From: an uncultured delta proteobacterium
GTDB lineage: Bacteria; Myxococcota_A; Polyangia; Polyangiales; Polyangiaceae
Reading direction: 5' to 3'
DNA: 64,000 bases
Assembly (NCBI GenBank): GCA_963806225.1
Contig: CAWDXG010000004.1
Coordinates: forward strand, 4,160,001 to 4,224,000
Position numbers and translations under genes: made by a program. The notes beneath the pieces were generated by a model. It did no database searches. It was not told the DNA's origin and was given only the letters and a program-made list of their open reading frames with translations. Shown in pieces: positions 11,285 to 21,412 of this stretch. Each line of letters starts with the position of its first letter. The stretch's first letter is position 1.

Positions 11285-11288
11285 CGAG

Positions 11289-12140
11289 ATGTCGACCCAG
11301 GACGAACAGAGGGTTTCCCTGCCGGGCAGGCCGAGCATGGCGCCGCCGCCGCCCCCCGGCACGGTGTCCCGCATCGGCGCAAGCGTCCTCGCTCTGTTCG
11401 ATCACATGGGACAGATCACGCGCATGACGCTCGGCACGCTGCGCCAGGGCATCAAGCGCCCCTTCGAGTGGCGGGCCATCGTCGACCAGCTCGAGTCGCT
11501 CGGCGTCGCGTCGCTCGGCATCGTCGTCGTCACCAGCATCTTCATCGGCATGGTGATGGCGGTGCAGTTCGCTTTCGGCCTCAGGAAGTTCGGCGGCATG
11601 GAGTACACGGGCCGCGTCGTGGGCCTGAGCTTTGCGCGCGAGCTGGCACCCACGCTCACGGCCGTGATCGTGGGCGGGCGGATCGGCGCGGGCATGGCCG
11701 CCGAAGTCGGCTCGATGGCAGTCACCGAGCAGATCGACGCCGTGCGCGCGCTCGGTGCGAACCCGCTGAAGAAGCTGGTCTGGCCGCGGCTCGTGGCCTC
11801 GGTCATCGTGATGCCCGTTCTGGCGGTCGTGGCCCTCGTGCTCGGGTTCGGGGGCGCGATGATGATCACCGACATCCAGTTCAACATTCCGTCGCAGTTC
11901 TTCTTCAGGAGCGCGCTCGGAACGGTGTCGATGATGGATTTCCTGAGCGGTATGTTCAAGACGCCGGTCTTCGGCGCGATCATCGCGCTCGTCGGCTGTC
12001 ACTTCGGCATGACCACCACGGGCGGCACGGCCGGCGTCGGGAACAGCACCACGCGCACCGTCGTCGTGATCTCGATCACGATCCTGATCGCGGATTTCTT
12101 CCTCACCAAGCTGGCCATCGCAGTGTGGCCGACCTTCTGA
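11289..12140 (+). CDS. mlaE: MlaE-family ABC transporter permease
   Basis: RELAPTLTAVIVGGRIGA, EQIDAVRALG, PRL, GVGNSTT motifs. Confidence 0.9.
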   Translation: MSTQDEQRVSLPGRPSMAPPPPPGTVSRIGASVLALFDHMGQITRMTLGTLRQGIKRPFEWRAIVDQLESLGVASLGIVVVTSIFIGMVMAVQFAFGLRKFGGMEYTGRVVGLSFARELAPTLTAVIVGGRIGAGMAAEVGSMAVTEQIDAVRALGANPLKKLVWPRLVASVIVMPVLAVVALVLGFGGAMMITDIQFNIPSQFFFRSALGTVSMMDFLSGMFKTPVFGAIIALVGCHFGMTTTGGTAGVGNSTTRTVVVISITILIADFFLTKLAIAVWPTF

Positions 12141-12160
12141 GTCCCGGCTCCAGCTCCAAC

Positions 12161-12559
12161 ATGCAACGCACTCCAGCCTTCTGGACGGCATCCGCCGCGG
12201 CCATCCTCGCGCTCCTGCTCGGAGCCTGTTCCTCGAAGAAGAACCCGTTGCCGCCGCCCTTCAAGGGGAACGCGGTCGACAACCCCGTCAGCTGCCCCGA
12301 TCTGCAGAACGGACAGATCGCCGGCAAGGAGATCCACATCGACGGCGGCATTCCGAACTGCGCGGCGGACGGGCTCCGCTGCCCGCTGCCGGGCGCTCCG
12401 GCAGCGGGGGCGGCCGGCGCATGCGGATCGCGGACCGTCGTCGCCGTCTGCCAGCAGGGCCGCTGGGCGCTCGCCTGCGAAGCGCCGTCGGACGCCTCCG
12501 CGACTGAAGGCGGCGGTGACGCCGCGAGCGATGCAGCAGCCGACGCTGCGGTGGATTGA
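12161..12559 (+). CDS. Small Cys-rich lipoprotein
   Basis: ATG 12161, LLGAC lipobox, six further Cys. Confidence 0.7.
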   Translation: MQRTPAFWTASAAAILALLLGACSSKKNPLPPPFKGNAVDNPVSCPDLQNGQIAGKEIHIDGGIPNCAADGLRCPLPGAPAAGAAGACGSRTVVAVCQQGRWALACEAPSDASATEGGGDAASDAAADAAVD

Positions 12560-12622
12560 CGCGAATCAACGCCCAACGCGGGCGCGACGACCCGGACGAG
12601 CGCGGGCGCAGCTTGCGCCGGC

Positions 12623-12659
12623 TTGACCGGGCCGGATGCGCTATCTAACCTTCCGTTAG
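12623..12659 (+). promoter_or_regulatory. Sigma-70-like promoter of the MerR gene with an overlapping inverted repeat
   Basis: TTGACC (12623)-17 bp-TAACCT (12646); CTAAC-N5-GTTAG at 12645-12659. Confidence 0.5.
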
Positions 12660-12667
12660 GGGACCCT

Positions 12668-13195
12668 TTGTCGCAGACGAGACAACAGCCAGGACGATCC
12701 GGAAACGGCAGCCGCCGCAAGGACGGCCTGTTGACGACGGGCGACATGGCACGCCTCTCGAACAACACGCTGCGGACCGTGCGGTTCTACGAGGAAAGCG
12801 GACTCTTGACGCCCGTCCAGCGCACCGACGGCGGGCACCGGCTTTTCCCGCGCCGCGAGCTCGGCAAGCTGCAGCTCATCAGCGACCTGCGTGCGGCGGG
12901 CTTCTCGCTCGAGGAAATCAAGGAGGTCCTCGAGGTCAAGCAGAGCAGCAGCTCCGGTGCCGCGGCCTCGCGCGGCGTCGTGGAGCGACTTGATCGCCAC
13001 ATTGGATCCATGAGCGAGCGCATCGCGCTGCTCGAGCGCCTGCTCGCCGAGCTCCAGCGCACACGCCAGCTGCTTGCCGAATGTCAGACCTGCAGTGACG
13101 GCGACCGCTTTCCCGATGGCTGCAGCACATGCGAAGTCATGTCGGACGCCGAGATTCCGAACGCGGCAGGCGTGCTGTGGCGCGTGGAGCGCTGA
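12668..13195 (+). CDS. MerR-family transcriptional regulator with Cys-rich C-terminus
   Basis: TTGDMARLSNNTLRTVRFYEESGLL HTH; CQTC...CSTC; TTG 12668 follows an AGGGG RBS (start uncertain). Confidence 0.88.
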   Translation: MSQTRQQPGRSGNGSRRKDGLLTTGDMARLSNNTLRTVRFYEESGLLTPVQRTDGGHRLFPRRELGKLQLISDLRAAGFSLEEIKEVLEVKQSSSSGAAASRGVVERLDRHIGSMSERIALLERLLAELQRTRQLLAECQTCSDGDRFPDGCSTCEVMSDAEIPNAAGVLWRVER

Positions 13196-13217
13196 CGCGG
13201 GCGGCGAGGTAGTCGTG

Positions 13218-13667
13218 ATGGCCATCGCCCGGGAAAACCCGCGCATCTTCACGCTCGAAGAGGTCGATGCACTGATCCCGACTCTGTCGCGTGCGGTCAG
13301 CGTGCAGCTGGTGCAGCAGAGCGAAATCGAGCAGCGCCTGGGGGAGCTGGCGCGCGCGACGGGGGAATTGCCGCGTTCCCTGGACGCCTCACCGGAAGAC
13401 GACGGCGAGGTGGGCCAGATGAAAGCCGATCTGCGCGACTTGATCGGGCGCTACGAGGCGGGCTGGCGGAAGGTGCAGCGCATGGGCGTCCTGATCAAGG
13501 ATCCACAGATCGGTCTGCTGGACTTCTACGGGCGCATCGACGGCCGACTGGTCTACCTGTGCTGGCGCTACGGCGAGGAAGCGCTCGGCTACTATCACGA
13601 GCTCGAAGCCGGTTTCGCCGGGCGACGACCTCTGGCGCGGGAGACCCGCGAGAAGCTGCTCAACTGA
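13218..13667 (+). CDS. DUF2203-family protein
   Basis: RIFTLEEVDALIP N-terminus; KDPQIGLLDF...YLCWRYGE...YYH...GFAGR. Confidence 0.8.
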   Translation: MAIARENPRIFTLEEVDALIPTLSRAVSVQLVQQSEIEQRLGELARATGELPRSLDASPEDDGEVGQMKADLRDLIGRYEAGWRKVQRMGVLIKDPQIGLLDFYGRIDGRLVYLCWRYGEEALGYYHELEAGFAGRRPLARETREKLLN

Positions 13668-13707
13668 ACCGCGGGGGTTATCGACCTGGTGACGCGGCTG
13701 GATACCG

Positions 13708-14289
13708 ATGCCCATGGACCGTGAGGCCGCCGAGCGCGCCGTCGCCCAGTTCCTGGCGGCGCTGGGACACGACGTGGAGAGCGATCCGGAGCTTTCCGGT
13801 ACGCCGGCACGCGTCGTGGACGCGTTCGCAAACGATCTGCTCGCCGGCGCGAACGTCGACATCGCCCAGCTGGTCGCGGGCGGCTCCATGCCCACAAGCG
13901 CCGACCATGGACTGGTCGCGGTGCGCGACATCGCGGTGGCAACCCTGTGTCCACATCACCTGCTTCCGGCACTGGGCCGGGCTACCGTGGCCTACCAGCC
14001 AGGCCCTCGACTGCTCGGTCTGGGCACGCTCGCGGCGCTTGTGGACGCCTTCAGTCGGCGTCTCACGCTGCAGGAAGCGATCAGCCACAACGTCGTCCAG
14101 GCACTGATGCAGCACGCACAAGCGCGGGGTGCGTGGTGCCGCATCGAGCTCCGGCACAGTTGCCTCAGCGCGCGGGGCGCGCGGCAGAGCGAGGCGCTCG
14201 TCGAGAGCGTCGCCAGCTCGGGAACCCTGGCGGCGCCGGGCGCCGTCGCCGATCTGTCGGCGCCGGGATCGGGCAGACCCGGCGCATGA
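13708..14289 (+). CDS. folE: GTP cyclohydrolase I
   Basis: TPARV, LCPHHLLP, RRLTLQE, HSCLSARG. Confidence 0.85.
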   Translation: MPMDREAAERAVAQFLAALGHDVESDPELSGTPARVVDAFANDLLAGANVDIAQLVAGGSMPTSADHGLVAVRDIAVATLCPHHLLPALGRATVAYQPGPRLLGLGTLAALVDAFSRRLTLQEAISHNVVQALMQHAQARGAWCRIELRHSCLSARGARQSEALVESVASSGTLAAPGAVADLSAPGSGRPGA

Positions 14290-14969
14290 CAAGCGCAGTG
14301 CTCACGGGCGCCAGCCGCGGCATCGGTCGCGCGACGGCCCTCCTGCTTGCCGAACGCAACGTCGAGCTGGCGCTGCTCGGACGCGCCTCGCCCGAGCACG
14401 ACAGAACCGTGGACGAAGCCCGCGCGCTGGGCGTCCGCGTCGAGAGCATCGCCTGTGATCTGCGCTCACCGCGCGACATCCAGGCGGCCGCGCGTCTCGT
14501 TCTCGAGGCCTACGCAGCACCGGACGCGCTCATCAACAATGCCGCGACCATCCACCGCGCCACGGTTGAAGAGACCGACCTCGAGCAGCTGGACGAACAG
14601 CTCGAGGTGAACCTGCGGGCGCCCATGCTGCTCACGCGCGCTCTGCTCGGAGCGATGCGCTTCGCCGGCAAGGGGCGCATCGTCCACGTCGGAAGCATTT
14701 CGTCCACGCTGGGGACGGCTCGCTCGGCCGCCTACAACGCCACGAAGTGGGGACTCGTCGGCTTCATGAAGAGCCTGGCCGAGGAGCTCAGTGACTCCGG
14801 GCTCATGACCGTGGCGGTGCTGCCGGGCTCGGTCGACACGCGCATGCTGGACGACAGCGGCTTCGCGCCGCGCATCGGCGTCGAGGAGATCGCAACGACG
14901 CTCGTGCACTACGCGCTGGACGCGCCGCTCGCCCACAACGGCGGCGTCATCGAGATGTTCGGCACATGA
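14286..14969 (+). CDS. Short-chain dehydrogenase/reductase
   Basis: TGASRGIG, NNAA, YNATK; ATGA-coupled to folE. Confidence 0.92.
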   Translation: MTSAVLTGASRGIGRATALLLAERNVELALLGRASPEHDRTVDEARALGVRVESIACDLRSPRDIQAAARLVLEAYAAPDALINNAATIHRATVEETDLEQLDEQLEVNLRAPMLLTRALLGAMRFAGKGRIVHVGSISSTLGTARSAAYNATKWGLVGFMKSLAEELSDSGLMTVAVLPGSVDTRMLDDSGFAPRIGVEEIATTLVHYALDAPLAHNGGVIEMFGT

Positions 14970-15601
14970 CCCCGGACGCCGGCACTCTCGAGCTTGCCGT
15001 GTTTCCGTTGCCGGGAGCCGTGCTGTTTCCGGGCACGCTGATGCCGCTTCACATCTTCGAACCGCGCTATCGGAAGATGACCTCTGACGCGCTGTCCGGC
15101 ACCCGGAAGCTATCGGTCGCACTGATCGAAGAGGGTCCGGCGGTGGACGAGCACGAGCATCCTCCCTTTGCTCCGGTCGCCGGAGTCGGCGAGATCATCG
15201 ACGAACAGGAGCTTCCCGACGGCCGCTACAACATCCTGGTGCTCGGCCACGCCCGCGCCAGGCTCGAGGAGCTACCCTTCGTACCCCCGTACCGACGGGC
15301 ACGCGTCACCTTGCTCGACGACAGCGGCACGGCGAGCAGCGCCGACGTGGCCGCGCTCGCCTACGCCGCATCCCGTTTCGCGGCACACGTCAAGGAGCAG
15401 CACGCGGGCTTCGAGATCGAGCTGCCCAGCGTCCGGGAGCCGGGTCTTCTGGCAGACAGCTGCGCCAACTACCTGATCATCGACCCAGGCGATCGGCAGC
15501 GCGTGCTCGAGGCGCTGGACATCGGCGCGCGCGTCCGACTGTGCACCGAGGCTCTGGCGGTGCAGCAAGCGCTGCTGACCAGGCCCGGAAACCCGTCCTA
15601 G
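14966..15601 (+). CDS. LON peptidase substrate-binding (N-terminal) domain protein
   Basis: VFPLPGAVLFPGTLMPLHIFEPRY, DGRYNI. Confidence 0.9.
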   Translation: MTPDAGTLELAVFPLPGAVLFPGTLMPLHIFEPRYRKMTSDALSGTRKLSVALIEEGPAVDEHEHPPFAPVAGVGEIIDEQELPDGRYNILVLGHARARLEELPFVPPYRRARVTLLDDSGTASSADVAALAYAASRFAAHVKEQHAGFEIELPSVREPGLLADSCANYLIIDPGDRQRVLEALDIGARVRLCTEALAVQQALLTRPGNPS

Positions 15602-15627
15602 AGCGCTGCGGAGCACAAAAAGGGAAA

Positions 15628-15706
15628 GGGCCCGTCACACCCGCTTTTCCCTACCGCTGCTCCCTTCCGGGCCTGACGGGGTTCGAGCTGCGCTGTCGAC
15701 GGGCCC
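15628..15706 (-). ncRNA. ffs: Signal recognition particle RNA (4.5S)
   Basis: Minus strand GGGCCCGTC...CCCGTCAGGCCCGGAAGGGAGCAGCGG...GACGGGCCC: conserved helix-8 motif, closing stem, then a U-rich run. Confidence 0.92.
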
Positions 15707-15804
15707 ACAACGAGCCTTCGAAGGGGACTTAACGCACGGCGGACTGCCTGTCCAGCGCTGGCGGCGCCCCGGGCGCTGATCTACGTTCCAGTACCAGCAG
15801 ACAC

Positions 15805-16569
15805 ATGCATCCCCCGTATCGGCCGAACCTGCTCGAACGCGCCATGACCTGGGGGCCGTTCGTCGCCTCGGCCGCCCTGGTGGCGCTGGGCGTGCAACTT
15901 GCGGTGCGCTCGCCGAGGCTCTCGCTGGTTCTGCTGGCCCTGGCGGCGCTGGCATTCGTGCCCCAGTTCCGGGCGCGGCGTCGCGTCAGGCGACTTCTCG
16001 AATCGGGCGACGTGGACGCCATGCTCGGCGCTTGGCAGCCGGCGCTCGCCGACATTCCGGAGCGGGACACCATGGCGCCGCTGATAACCGCCACCGCACT
16101 CGTCTCGAACGGCATGGTCGAGCGCGCGCGCAGCATGCTGTCGCGCGCACACAAGGGGCCCGCCTGGGACGCGGCGCTCGAGCACAGACTGTTCATCGAG
16201 GTACTGGCGGACGCGTTCGAGGGAGACCGCGGCCGTGCTCTGGAAAACGCACAGCGACTCGCAGAGCTGCCGCTCCCCCATGCGAGCCCGTTCGTGCGCG
16301 CCCGCGTGTCGCTGCTCCGAAGCGCTGCGGGCGCTCTGGCACGCGCCTTCGCCCACACCGCAGACAAGGCCGACCTGGGCGTGCTGCGCTCGGCTGCGCG
16401 CAGAAACCCACTCGTACATTGGGCCATGCGCTATGCCGCCGCCGTTGCCTGCATCGACCGAGGCCGCCCCGACCGGGCACGCAAGCTGCTCGAAGGCGCA
16501 CCCGAGTGGCCGGAGGCCTCCGTGTTCCAGGCGTTCCACGCCGAGCTCGTGCAGCACGCGTCCGTGTAG
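15805..16569 (+). CDS. Membrane-anchored helical hypothetical protein
   Basis: Two N-terminal hydrophobic segments, then an Ala/Arg-rich helical region. Confidence 0.7.
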   Translation: MHPPYRPNLLERAMTWGPFVASAALVALGVQLAVRSPRLSLVLLALAALAFVPQFRARRRVRRLLESGDVDAMLGAWQPALADIPERDTMAPLITATALVSNGMVERARSMLSRAHKGPAWDAALEHRLFIEVLADAFEGDRGRALENAQRLAELPLPHASPFVRARVSLLRSAAGALARAFAHTADKADLGVLRSAARRNPLVHWAMRYAAAVACIDRGRPDRARKLLEGAPEWPEASVFQAFHAELVQHASV

Positions 16570-16649
16570 AAGCGGGTCACGGCGCTCGATCCCCGGTCCG
16601 CGCGGACGATCCGGAGCGCGGCAGCTTGATGTAGGATGAGCCATCGAGC

Positions 16650-18014
16650 ATGGCCGATCCTCCTGACGGCAAGCCGCCCCCGGCTTTCGATATCCCGGAT
16701 CTGGACCTTGCTCTGCCGTCCCGCCCGGCGCCTGACGCCGTGCCACCGCCGGCAGTCGCCGACGCTCCCGGCCCTCTGGAGACCGCCGGCGCGGCGGCGG
16801 GCGGAGCGGCTGCCCCTGGAAGCCTCGACTACTTCGGCCACGGCGCTTTCGATGCGGACGACTTCGACGACCCCCGACAGGACGGCGCCGCTTTGCTCGA
16901 CCTGGCCGACATTCCAACCGGCGGCGTCGCGGGCGCGCCGCGGGAGGAGGAACGCTGGCCCAGCGGGTGCTCGCCGGAGCGGGGCGCCCTCGCCATCGAC
17001 GCGCCGGAGCTGGCCGAGGTCGCCGGCTACGGCCCGCCACCCAAAGCGCTGTATCTGGCGCCGGCCTACGCGTGGCGGGTGCTCTCGCGCCAGCGAGCGC
17101 TGCGCGCCGACCTCGAACGCGTGGAAGCGGAGCTCTCGACCGCCGAGCGGGCGCGGAACCGGCTCCTCGGTGGCATGGTCGAAACCGTCGCTCCCGCGCT
17201 GGAAGCGGACGAGCGGATGGGCCGCGTCATGGAACCAGTGCGCCGGCTGGACGCCGTCGCGCGTGAGCGGGGCGCCACGCTGGCCAGCACCGACGCGGAG
17301 TACCGCCGGCAGGTCGCAATGCTCGACACCGAACGGACCGCCATCCAGCAACAGGCGGATGCGCAGCGGGCCGTCGTCGAGCAGCACCGGGCCGGACTCG
17401 AACAGCGCGACGAAGCCTTCCGCCGGGTCGAGGCCCGCTTCAAGCGCAGCCAGATCGAGCTCAGGAACGCCCAGCAAGCCGCCATGAAGGCCGTCGAGGC
17501 GTCGGGGCCCGGCACAGCCGTGCCGCCCGAGCACGCCTCACGCATCCAGCAGATCCACGCGCAAGCCGCCTCGATCCAACCCGAGCTCGAGCAGCGCCAG
17601 AACGAGCGCGCCTCGGCGCAGGCCGGGCTCACGGCCGCAGAGCGGCAGCTGGCGGAGCTCGAACGCGCGCTCCGCGGCGTGGACAGCCGCCGCCGAGCGC
17701 TCGACCAGCAGTTCGGCTCGCAGCTGGAAACTCAGACCCACGACGTAGAGCGGGCCGAGCTCGAGCGCGAGAGCGCTCTGGGCGACGCCGGGCGTGCGGT
17801 GCTCGCCGCCCGCGGTGCCATCCCGCTCGACCCCGCCGTGCTGGCGCAGATCCGCAATGCGGACGAGAACGTCGACCGGCTCGCACGGCGGGCCGAAACG
17901 CGGCTGCGCGCGCTGGACGTCCACGACCGCGATGCCGTGCGGCGCGGCTTCACGCTGGTTGTCGCACTGGCTGGGATGGTCGTGATCGTGATCGTGCTCG
18001 CCGTCACGCTGTGA
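16650..18014 (+). CDS. Coiled-coil protein with C-terminal TM anchor
   Basis: Long Q/E/R/A heptad-like region; terminal hydrophobic helix. Confidence 0.75.
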   Translation: MADPPDGKPPPAFDIPDLDLALPSRPAPDAVPPPAVADAPGPLETAGAAAGGAAAPGSLDYFGHGAFDADDFDDPRQDGAALLDLADIPTGGVAGAPREEERWPSGCSPERGALAIDAPELAEVAGYGPPPKALYLAPAYAWRVLSRQRALRADLERVEAELSTAERARNRLLGGMVETVAPALEADERMGRVMEPVRRLDAVARERGATLASTDAEYRRQVAMLDTERTAIQQQADAQRAVVEQHRAGLEQRDEAFRRVEARFKRSQIELRNAQQAAMKAVEASGPGTAVPPEHASRIQQIHAQAASIQPELEQRQNERASAQAGLTAAERQLAELERALRGVDSRRRALDQQFGSQLETQTHDVERAELERESALGDAGRAVLAARGAIPLDPAVLAQIRNADENVDRLARRAETRLRALDVHDRDAVRRGFTLVVALAGMVVIVIVLAVTL

Positions 18015-18052
18015 CCCTGGCGCTCCGGACCTCCCGCACTATGCTGGATCAC

Positions 18053-18673
18053 ATGCCGGAACCGGTCGTGCTGGAAATCTTCTCCGACTACGCCTGACCC
18101 TGGTGCTATCTCGGTACGGTCCGTACCGAAAAGCTCCGGAAGAACTACGATCTCGACCTCGTCGTGCGGCACTTCCCGCTGCATCCCGAGACGCCGCCCG
18201 AGGGGCGTTCGATCGCCGAGATGTTCCGTGGACGCGAAGCGCAGATCCAGGCGATGACCCAGCGCCTCCACGAGTTGCTGGAAGCCGAGGGGTTGCCTTA
18301 CGGCAACCGCAGCATGACCTACAACACGCGGCTCGCACAGGAGCTCGCCGCGTGGGCCGTCGCTCGCGGCGAGCACCGTATCCACGACGCGCTGTTCCGC
18401 GCCTACTTCGTCGACGCCATAAACGTCGCCGATCCGGACGAGCTGGTGCGCATTGCGGGTGAAGTGGGGCTCCCCGCTGACGAGGCCCGCCGGGTGCTCG
18501 AGGAGCGCGAGTACGCGCCGACGGTCGACCGCGACTGGGAGCAGGCGCGCGGCCTCGGCGTGACCGGCGTGCCCACCTACATCGCCGAAGCGCGCGGCAT
18601 CGTCGGCGCACAGCCGTACGAGCTGCTCGAGCAGCTGGTGCGCGCGGCGGGCGCAAAGCCGCGGCAGCCTTGA
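18053..18673 (+). CDS. DsbA/FrnE-family thioredoxin-fold oxidoreductase, probable selenoprotein (UGA at 18095-18097)
   Basis: MPEPVVLEIFSDYA-TGA-PWCYLG is in frame with the track ORF 18164..18673 (FPLHP, GVTGVPTY, GAQP); the TGA sits at the first Cys of CPWC; hairpin downstream. Confidence 0.85.
18111..18129 (+). promoter_or_regulatory. Bacterial SECIS-like hairpin
   Basis: TCGGTACG-GTC-CGTACCGA perfect 8-bp stem; G-initial loop 21 nt after the UGA. Confidence 0.7.
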
Positions 18674-18685
18674 AGACCGACCCGC

Positions 18686-20242
18686 TCAGAGCGGGATGTT
18701 GCCGTGCTTCTTCGGCGGGTTGCCGAGTCGCTTGGTCTCCAGGAGCTCCAGGCACACGCCCAGGCGCCGGCGCAGCTGGCGGGGATAGATGACCTCGTCG
18801 ATGAAGCCAAGCTCGGCAGCCTTGTAGGGATTGGCGAACTTCGCGCGGTATTCCTCGACGAAGCTGGCCCGCGCAGCCTGCTTGTCCTCGGCCTCGCGGA
18901 TCTGGTTCCTGTAGACGATGTTGACCGCCCCGTCCGGTCCCATCACCGCGATTTCCGCCGTGGGGAACGCGAAGTTCACGTCGCCGCGGATGTGCTTGGA
19001 GCTCATGACGTTGTAGGCCCCGCCGTACGCCTTGCGCGTGATGACCGTGAGCTTCGGCACCGTCGCCTCGCAGAACGCATACAGGAGCTTGGCGCCGTGC
19101 GTGATGATGCCGTGGTGTTCCTGATCCACGCCCGGAAGGAAACCCGGCACATCCACGAACGTCAGGATCGGGATGTTGAAGCAGTCGCAGAAACGCACGA
19201 AACGAGCGGCCTTGATGCTGGCATCGATGTCGAGCACGCCGGCCAGGTACGCCGGCTGGTTCGCGACGATTCCGATCGGCCGCCCGCCGATGCGCGCGAA
19301 GCCGACGACCATGTTCTTCGCGTAGTGCTCGTGCGCCTCGAACAGATAGCCGTCGTCGACCGTCGCCGCGATCACCTTCTTGATGTCGTACGGCTTGTTG
19401 CTCTCGGCCGGGACCAGGGTGTCGAGCTCCGGCACCTCGCGTTCCACCGCGTCGCCGGTGCTCCTGCGCGGCGGGTCCTCGGTGTTGTTCGAGGGCAGAA
19501 ACCCCATCAGCTCCCGCACCTTCGCCAGGCACTCGCGGTCGTCGTGCGAGGTGAAGTGCGCGACGCCGCTCTTCGAGGCGTGCGAGAGCGCGCCACCCAG
19601 CTCTTCCTTGGTCACCTCCTCGTGCGTGACCGTCTTGATCACGTCGGGGCCGGTGATGAACATGTAGCTGCTCTCCTCCACCATGAAGATGAAGTCGGTC
19701 ATGGCGGGCGAGTAGACGGCTCCTCCGGCGCACGGACCCATGACCGCGCTGATCTGCGGGACGACGCCGCTGGACAGCGTGTTGCGCAGGAAGATGTCGG
19801 CATAGCCGGCCAGCGATTCCACGCCTTCCTGGATGCGCGCGCCGCCCGAGTCGTTGAGCCCGATGACGGGCGCGCCGACCTTCATCGCCAGGTCCATGAC
19901 CTTGCAGATCTTCGAAGCGTAGGCTGCGCTGAGCGAGCCGCCGAACACGGTGAAGTCCTGGGCGAACAGAAACACCTTGCGGCCGTCGATGGTGCCGTAG
20001 CCGGTGACCACGCCGTCGCCGAGGATCTTCTGGCTCTGCATGTCGAAGTCGGCGCAGCGATGCGTGACGAAACGGTCCATCTCGACGAAGCTGCCGGGGT
20101 CGAGCAGGAGATCGATGCGTTCGCGGGCGGTGAGCTTGCCCGCCGCATGCTGCTTCTCGATGCGGGCGTTGCCGCCGCCTTCGAGCGCCTTGTCGTTGAG
20201 CGCGTCGAGATCCGCGAACTGGTCCGGTTTTTCCGCCGACAT
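18686..20242 (-). CDS. pccB: Acyl-CoA (propionyl-CoA) carboxylase carboxyltransferase beta subunit
   Basis: [43 protein letters not shown]. Confidence 0.93.
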   Translation of the reverse strand: MSAEKPDQFADLDALNDKALEGGGNARIEKQHAAGKLTARERIDLLLDPGSFVEMDRFVTHRCADFDMQSQKILGDGVVTGYGTIDGRKVFLFAQDFTVFGGSLSAAYASKICKVMDLAMKVGAPVIGLNDSGGARIQEGVESLAGYADIFLRNTLSSGVVPQISAVMGPCAGGAVYSPAMTDFIFMVEESSYMFITGPDVIKTVTHEEVTKEELGGALSHASKSGVAHFTSHDDRECLAKVRELMGFLPSNNTEDPPRRSTGDAVEREVPELDTLVPAESNKPYDIKKVIAATVDDGYLFEAHEHYAKNMVVGFARIGGRPIGIVANQPAYLAGVLDIDASIKAARFVRFCDCFNIPILTFVDVPGFLPGVDQEHHGIITHGAKLLYAFCEATVPKLTVITRKAYGGAYNVMSSKHIRGDVNFAFPTAEIAVMGPDGAVNIVYRNQIREAEDKQAARASFVEEYRAKFANPYKAAELGFIDEVIYPRQLRRRLGVCLELLETKRLGNPPKKHGNIPL

Positions 20243-20275
20243 AGCGCCCTCGGCTAGCACGTAGAGCGCGCTGCG

Positions 20276-21412
20276 TCATCCATCGGAAGGCGCGTCCGGC
20301 GGGTCGTGATAGTCGACTTCCACCCCGCGCGGGCTCGCGAACCGCGTGACGCCGGGCGAGCGGGCAACGACATAGTCGGGCCCGACGGGGACCTTTCCAA
20401 AGCCGCCGGGTGTGTCGACGATCAGCTTCGGCAGCGCGATACCGCTCAGGCGCCCGGTCAGCTCGCGCATGATCCTGACACCCGTATCCAGCGTTGTTCT
20501 GAGGTGCCCGGTGCCGCGCACCGGATCCGCCATCAACAGATAGTAGGGCCGGGCCCGCTGCCGCACCAAGCCGCGGAACAGCTCCGTCAGCACCGCGGCG
20601 TCGTCGTTCACGCCCCTGAGCAGCACGCTCTGGTTCATCACCGGGAAACCAGCGTCGGCCATGCGGCACAGCGCCGCGCGAGCCTCGGGCGTGAGCTCTT
20701 TCGGGTGGTTGAAGTGGGTCATCACCCACAGCGGATGGTGCGGAGCCAGCGCCCGGAGCAGCTCCGGCGTGATGCGTTGGGGCAACGCGACCGGCACCCG
20801 GGTGGCCAGGCGGATGGTTTCGACGCTGGGGATCTCGCGCAGCGCGGCGATCAAGCGGACCAGCCTCTCGGTGGCCATGGCCAGCGGATCGCCTCCGCTG
20901 ACGATCACGTCGCGGACCTCCGGGTGGGCGCGCAGATACGAAAGCGCGGGGGCCAGGCGCTCGAGGGAGCGCGGGCCGCCGCCAGCGCCGACCATCCGGC
21001 TACGCGTGCAGAAGCGACAGTAGACCGCACAGCGATCCGTAGCGAGAAGGAGCGCGCGATCGGGGTAGCGCTGGATCAGCTCCGGCGCGACCTCGTGCGC
21101 TTCCTCACCGAGAGGATCGCGAAGATCGCCCCGCACCTCGTCACCCTCGGGAAGCCGCGGCACGATCTGACGGCGGACGGGACAATCCGGGTCACGCGGA
21201 TCGCAGAGCGAGAGGTAGTAGGGAGTCACCGCGATCGGAAAGCCGGCAGCCTCGGCAGCCCGCGCTGCGGTCAGCTCGCCGGGGGTCAGCTCCAGCGCCT
21301 GCGCGAGCCCTTCCGCGGTGCGCACCGAGTTCCTGAGCTGCCAGCGCCAATCGGCCAGCTTCAGCGAACCCGCGCTACTTGTGCGGAGTGCCGCCGTCGG
21401 CGCCGGCCGCAT
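20276..21412 (-). CDS. KamA-family radical SAM protein (lysine 2,3-aminomutase/EpmB-like)
   Basis: RYPDR, CAVYCRFCTR, SGGDPL, HFNHP, NQSVLLRGVND, PGGFGKVP. Confidence 0.9.
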   Translation of the reverse strand: MRPAPTAALRTSSAGSLKLADWRWQLRNSVRTAEGLAQALELTPGELTAARAAEAAGFPIAVTPYYLSLCDPRDPDCPVRRQIVPRLPEGDEVRGDLRDPLGEEAHEVAPELIQRYPDRALLLATDRCAVYCRFCTRSRMVGAGGGPRSLERLAPALSYLRAHPEVRDVIVSGGDPLAMATERLVRLIAALREIPSVETIRLATRVPVALPQRITPELLRALAPHHPLWVMTHFNHPKELTPEARAALCRMADAGFPVMNQSVLLRGVNDDAAVLTELFRGLVRQRARPYYLLMADPVRGTGHLRTTLDTGVRIMRELTGRLSGIALPKLIVDTPGGFGKVPVGPDYVVARSPGVTRFASPRGVEVDYHDPPDAPSDG

